Part shown: piece after piece, positions 5,566 to 8,566 of the stretch | Numbering within the stretch: position 1 is the first letter of the stretch | Layout of the letters: every line of letters starts with the position of its first letter | NCBI GenBank assembly: GCA_048772705.1 | Contig: JBLWGC010000155.1 | Span: forward strand, 1-8,566 | DNA length: 8,566 nt | DNA from: Leidyana gryllorum EB-2025a | Taxonomy: Eukaryota; Protista; Apicomplexa | Reading direction: 5' to 3' | The notes under the pieces: generated by a model | What the model saw: the letters and a program-made list of their open reading frames with translations, nothing else | Told to the model about the DNA's origin: nothing | Databases searched by the model: none | Program-made: the position numbers and the translations under genes

Positions 5566-5693
5566 AATGTTAACTGGACATCACGAATGAGTCCCTATTG
5601 ACGGAAGTTACTGAAGCACATTTTTCCACCACTCAACACTCGCACTTCTCCACCCACCGGCAAATAGGGTGTAACTAAGTTGAGAGCTTCCTT

Positions 5694-5766
5694 GCCGCCC
5701 TAGCTCAGTCGGTAGAGCGCAAGACTTTTAATCTTGCAGTCGCGGGTTCGAGCCCCGCGGACGGTG
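5694..5766 (+). tRNA. trnK-TTT: tRNA-Lys(TTT), one acceptor C.A mismatch
   Basis: CAAGA CT TTT AA TCTTG; GCGGG TTCGAGC CCCGC. Confidence 0.92.
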
Positions 5767-5826
5767 CAAATCAATGTCTCTGGGAGTAGGAATGGAACCG
5801 TTGCCTACAAGCACACTCAGCTGGAT

Positions 5827-5899
5827 TTCCACTGCCGGGACTTGAACCCGGATCGTGCGGGTGAGAACCGCATATCCTAGCCACTTAGACTACAGTGGA
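5827..5899 (-). tRNA. trnE-CTC: tRNA-Glu(CTC)
   Basis: TCCACTG/CAGTGGA; TGCGG TT CTC AC CCGCA. Confidence 0.93.
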
Positions 5900-6031
5900 C
5901 AACTCCCTCAGCTGCAGCTTTAGCCGAGAGCCGTACCCTCGTGACAAGACGTGGTCTACAACAAAGGGGTTGCAGAATCCTGCGGTAGAAAGCGGAGGGT
6001 CTCTTTACTGACCTCTGAAACATTGTCGATG

Positions 6032-6104
6032 GGTCTTGTAGCTCGGTCTGCAGAGCGTGTGGCTGTTAACCACAAACCCGCCGGTTCGAAACCTGCCAGG
6101 ACCG
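6032..6104 (+). tRNA. trnN-GTT: tRNA-Asn(GTT), damaged (A14>G, G18>T, T-stem mismatch; possible pseudogene)
   Basis: TGTGG CT GTT AA CCACA; inverted copy of 6726-6798. Confidence 0.8.
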
Positions 6105-6222
6105 GTTTTAGAGGCACCCTAGACACTGACTGCGCTGCTCTCCCAATGGCACTTGTGGTCTGCGACCCTTCAAAGATGTAAGGTTGGGTTTGGCTCCCGC
6201 CACGTACAGCCGTAGCGTACTT

Positions 6223-6295
6223 TGGACGACCTGGGCATCGATCCCAGTACCTCTCGCATGCTAAGCGAGCGCTCTACCATTTGAGCTAGTCGCCC
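6223..6295 (-). tRNA. trnA-AGC: tRNA-Ala(AGC), intact
   Basis: Identical to 3012-3084 in reverse complement. Confidence 0.97.
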
Positions 6296-6377
6296 ATTGA
6301 GCAAACCCCAGTACATCCAGTTCTTTTTACATGGTATGACCAGTCTCTCCACTTTGCACAAACGAAGCCACGCAGGA

Positions 6378-6450
6378 AACGGCTGGAGGGACCCGAATAC
6401 TCAACCTTCGCCTTAGGAGGGCAACGCGCTATGCATTGCGGCACAACCGC
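6378..6450 (-). pseudogene. tRNA-Arg(CCT) pseudogene
   Basis: GCGGTTG/CAGCCGT; TTGCC CT CCT AA GGCGA; D-loop GG and T stem/loop mutated. Confidence 0.8.
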
Positions 6451-6531
6451 ATTCGCAACCCATCCACCGAGCTGCCCCAAGGTGTCTCCTCTTACACCTA
6501 ACTAGTATCGAGATGACCGAAGCTTGTCTAT

Positions 6532-6604
6532 GGTGCGGTGGCCTAATGGATAGGGCATCGGTCTTCGGAACCGGGAGTTGTGGGTTCGAGTCCCATCCGC
6601 ATCA
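6532..6604 (+). tRNA. trnR-TCG: tRNA-Arg(TCG)
   Basis: GGTGCGG/CCGCATC; TCGGT CT TCG GA ACCGG; GTGGG TTCGAGT CCCAT. Confidence 0.93.
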
Positions 6605-6725
6605 TAGCCTCTCACGCGAAAGACGTTCCGCAAGCTTGCTAGCTGTATGGGGAGCCACTGCCGCGCATGTCGAGTTGGAGTGCTCGTGATATGATTTTCC
6701 TTCCCTTGGAGAGTGCCTCTGAAAC

Positions 6726-6798
6726 CGGTCCTGGCAGGTTTCGAACCTGCGACTTTGTGGTTAACAGCCACACGCTCTGCCGACTGAGCTACAAGACC
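6726..6798 (-). tRNA. trnN-GTT: tRNA-Asn(GTT), intact
   Basis: GGTCTTG/CAGGACC G73; TGTGG CT GTT AA CCACA; GCAGG TTCGAAA CCTGC. Confidence 0.95.
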
Positions 6799-6916
6799 CA
6801 GCTACAATGTTTCAGAGGTTAGTATAGAGATCCTCCCTTATTCTACCGCAGGATTCTGCAATGACGTCTTGTCAAGAGGGTACGGCTCTCGGCTAAAGCT
6901 GCAGCTGAGGGAGTTG

Positions 6917-6989
6917 TCCACTGTAGTCTGAGTGGCTAGGATATGCGGCTCTCACCCGCACGATCCGGGTTCAAGTCCCGGCAGTGGAA
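6917..6989 (+). tRNA. trnE-CTC: tRNA-Glu(CTC), A14>G variant
   Basis: TGCGG CT CTC AC CCGCA; intact stems. Confidence 0.9.
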
Positions 6990-7023
6990 ATCCAGCTGAG
7001 TGTGCTTGCAGGCAACAGATCCA

Positions 7024-7096
7024 CACCGCCCGCGGGGCTCGAACCCGCGACTGCAAGATTAAAAGTCTTGCGCTCTACCGACTGAGCTAGGGCGGC
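7024..7096 (-). tRNA. trnK-TTT: tRNA-Lys(TTT), intact
   Basis: GCCGCCC/GGGCGGT; CAAGA CT TTT AA TCTTG. Confidence 0.95.
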
Positions 7097-7223
7097 AAGG
7101 AAGCTCTAAACTTAGTTACACCCTCTTTGCCGTTGGGTGGAGCAGTGGAAGGATTGACTGGTGGAACAATGTGCTCAGTAACTGCCGTCAATAGTGACTG
7201 ATGCGTGATTACCAGCTGATATT

Positions 7224-7295
7224 GCCTTCTAAGCTTAGGGGCAGAGCATTCGCTTAGTAAGCGAAAGGTCGCCGATTCGATTCCGGCAGAAGGCT
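7224..7295 (+). tRNA. trnT-AGT: tRNA-Thr(AGT), damaged (T8>A, G53>A; possible pseudogene)
   Basis: TTCGC TT AGT AA GCGAA; A-box and B-box substitutions. Confidence 0.8.
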
Positions 7296-7336
7296 TGACT
7301 GCATCGACTGGGCACCAGCTCCAATCATCGTAGCTG

Positions 7337-7409
7337 AGCCTCGTAGCTCAGCCAGCAGAGAGTAACTCTCTTAGCCACAAAGTCGCAGGTTTGGGACCTG
7401 CCAGTACCT
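7337..7409 (+). pseudogene. tRNA-Asn-derived pseudogene
   Basis: Inverted copy of 2425-2497 sharing most of its lesions. Confidence 0.8.
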
Positions 7410-7480
7410 GAGGCACCCACAGGGGGCCAGACCAGCTGAGACAAAATCTGAGTTGCAGCAGTTGTGAGGGGCTGGAACTG

Positions 7481-7552
7481 CTCTGAGACCGGGAATCGAA
7501 CCCGGGTCTTCCGAGTGACAGGCGGAAATACTAACCACTATACTATCTCAAA
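7481..7552 (-). tRNA. trnD-GTC: tRNA-Asp(GTC), variant (31-39 mismatch, altered acceptor)
   Basis: TTTGAGA/TCTCAGA; TCCGC CT GTC AC TCGGA; intact T arm; 72 nt. Confidence 0.82.
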
Positions 7553-7646
7553 TGCTCTGAATACGCCGGCCTCCAACCCCAAAAGTTCTTCCATTATGAG
7601 ATTCCAAGCACAGAAAACGCGTGGAGCGGCGAGCCAACAACATCCC

Positions 7647-7719
7647 GGCAAGATGGCCGATTTGTCTCAGGCGCTGTGCTCAGACCGCAGTCCCGCAGTC
7701 CGACAGGGCGAGGATCTGG
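7647..7719 (+). pseudogene. tRNA-Leu(CAG) pseudogene lacking T arm
   Basis: Inverted copy of 1972-2037 with a tandem duplication of ccgcagtc. Confidence 0.75.
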
Positions 7720-7754
7720 GGTTGAGCCTTTCGAACCCCGGAGCAGTTGGACGG

Positions 7755-7834
7755 CCGGGGGTAGCTCAGTTGGTAGAGCATCTGACTGTAGTGCTGGCAT
7801 CAGATAGTCGGCGGTTCGATTCCGTCCCACCGGA
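7755..7834 (+). tRNA. trnY-GTA: tRNA-Tyr(GTA) with 7-nt intron (7792-7798)
   Basis: Identical to 1858-1937 in reverse complement. Confidence 0.92.
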
Positions 7835-7916
7835 AGTAGAGTGGTGATTGGCAAAGTACTAGACAGCGTTGATAGGCCAACTAGACTACTCTGGCGAGGG
7901 TTCCATCTATCTAGTT

Positions 7917-7988
7917 CGGATGGGCTGAGAATCGATCCCAGAACCTTTCGTATACTAAGCACCGTTTCATGATCTGGGCTTGCCTCCC
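7917..7988 (-). pseudogene. tRNA-Ala-derived pseudogene (AGT)
   Basis: Inverted copy of 1691-1763. Confidence 0.7.
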
Positions 7989-8077
7989 TCTGTGCCTACC
8001 TCATGGCATTGAGTGATACTTCACATAGTGAGACGAGTCTCTTGACTGTACCCAGCGGGTTGAACCACCGACTAGGC

Positions 8078-8149
8078 GGCTGTTTGGTCTAGTGGTATGA
8101 TTCTTCCTTTGGGTGGAAGAAGTCCTGGGTTCGATTCCCAGAATAGCCC
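8078..8149 (+). tRNA. trnP-TGG: tRNA-Pro(TGG)
   Basis: GGCTGTT/AATAGCC; CTTCC TT TGG GT GGAAG; intact T arm. Confidence 0.93.
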
Positions 8150-8250
8150 GTCTGTCAGTTGTTGACTCAACACGGCACTCGACCCATCCCGGACAGCTAA
8201 GACAGGATCTGACTTGTTGGCTCAACAGGCTGCAACCCGGCCATTCGCCC

Positions 8251-8323
8251 AGACGCTACCGGGACTCGAACCCAGAATCCCCGGTTCCGTAGACCGATGC
8301 CATATCCATTAGGCCATAGCGCC
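8251..8323 (-). tRNA. trnR-ACG: tRNA-Arg(ACG), intact
   Basis: GGCGCTA/TAGCGTC; TCGGT CT ACG GA ACCGG; CTGGG TTCGAGT CCCGG. Confidence 0.94.
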
Positions 8324-8444
8324 GACTAGCGGAGCCGTCAAATGGGAGTGTGTAGCGATCAAGACAGGACATGGGCAGCTACGCCCGATGGTGGGTGTGG
8401 ACAGACTTCACCCACATCTCCCATTCGAGACATCGGGGACATAC

Positions 8445-8517
8445 TATCCAAGCCAGGATTCGGGCCTGGGTATGCACGGCCACAACTTGCTGTTGTAAGC
8501 ACCTAGACGACCCGGAC
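8445..8517 (-). pseudogene. tRNA-His(GTG) pseudogene
   Basis: GTCCGGG/CTTGGAT; loop TT GTG GC; T stem CCAGG/CCTGG with loop mutated to CCCGAAT. Confidence 0.7.
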
Positions 8518-8566
8518 AATCTTCAATTGAGGCTGGTGGGTACCAAAGCCACTTAAGATGTCGGGC

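Larger units (their letters stand above)
5275..7590. repeat. inverted repeat, arms about 5275-6120 and 6710-7590, spacer about 590 bp
   Basis: Asp+,Thr-,Lys+,Glu-,Asn+ mirrored by Asn-,Glu+,Lys-,Thr+,Asp-; spacers match, e.g. gttgcagaatcctgcggtagaa versus ttctaccgcaggattctgcaa. Confidence 0.9.

Noticed and set aside
349-8517. CRISPR array or integron-like cassette array
   Set aside because: The recurring units are diverse tRNA cloverleafs in both orientations, not a constant direct repeat or attC site; no cas or integrase gene is present.
349-8517. Phage, bacterial or organellar tRNA array
   Set aside because: The eukaryotic initiator signature, many A34 anticodons, 37/38 intron, lack of encoded CCA and mixed strands all point to nuclear-type genes. 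A eukaryotic virus or other element carrying host tRNAs cannot be formally excluded.
349-8517. tRNA-derived SINE family
   Set aside because: There is no common body or A-rich tail and no target-site duplications; heads are of many isotypes and mostly full-length tRNAs.
190-8556. All ORFs in the six-frame track (60-175 aa)
   Set aside because: They overlap tRNA genes and consist of tRNA-shadow peptides (GFEP, GNRT, GSIP, VRFP), many start at GTG/TTG, and none shows a recognisable domain.

Overview
No credible protein-coding gene. After a short, more AT-rich non-tRNA flank (about 1-340), the window is a very dense array of about 54 eukaryotic nuclear-type tRNA genes, pseudogenes and fragments, roughly one per 150 bp on both strands. 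They cover 18 amino acids; Cys, Ile and elongator Met were not found. Eukaryotic origin is supported by an initiator Met with A1-U72 and an AUCGAAA T-loop, A34 anticodons (Ala, Thr, Ser, Val, Leu, Pro, Arg), an intron-containing Tyr and no encoded CCA. The array is not a simple tandem repeat: tRNA-plus-flank modules have been duplicated, inverted, deleted and reordered, giving overlapping inverted repeats. Highlights are a Gln-body tRNA with an amber (CUA) anticodon, two identical Tyr genes with a 7-nt intron, anticodon variation on shared tRNA bodies and scarce Pol III terminators. The supplied ORFs are shadows of tRNA sequence. Coordinates were read by eye, and the host lineage cannot be assigned from this window.
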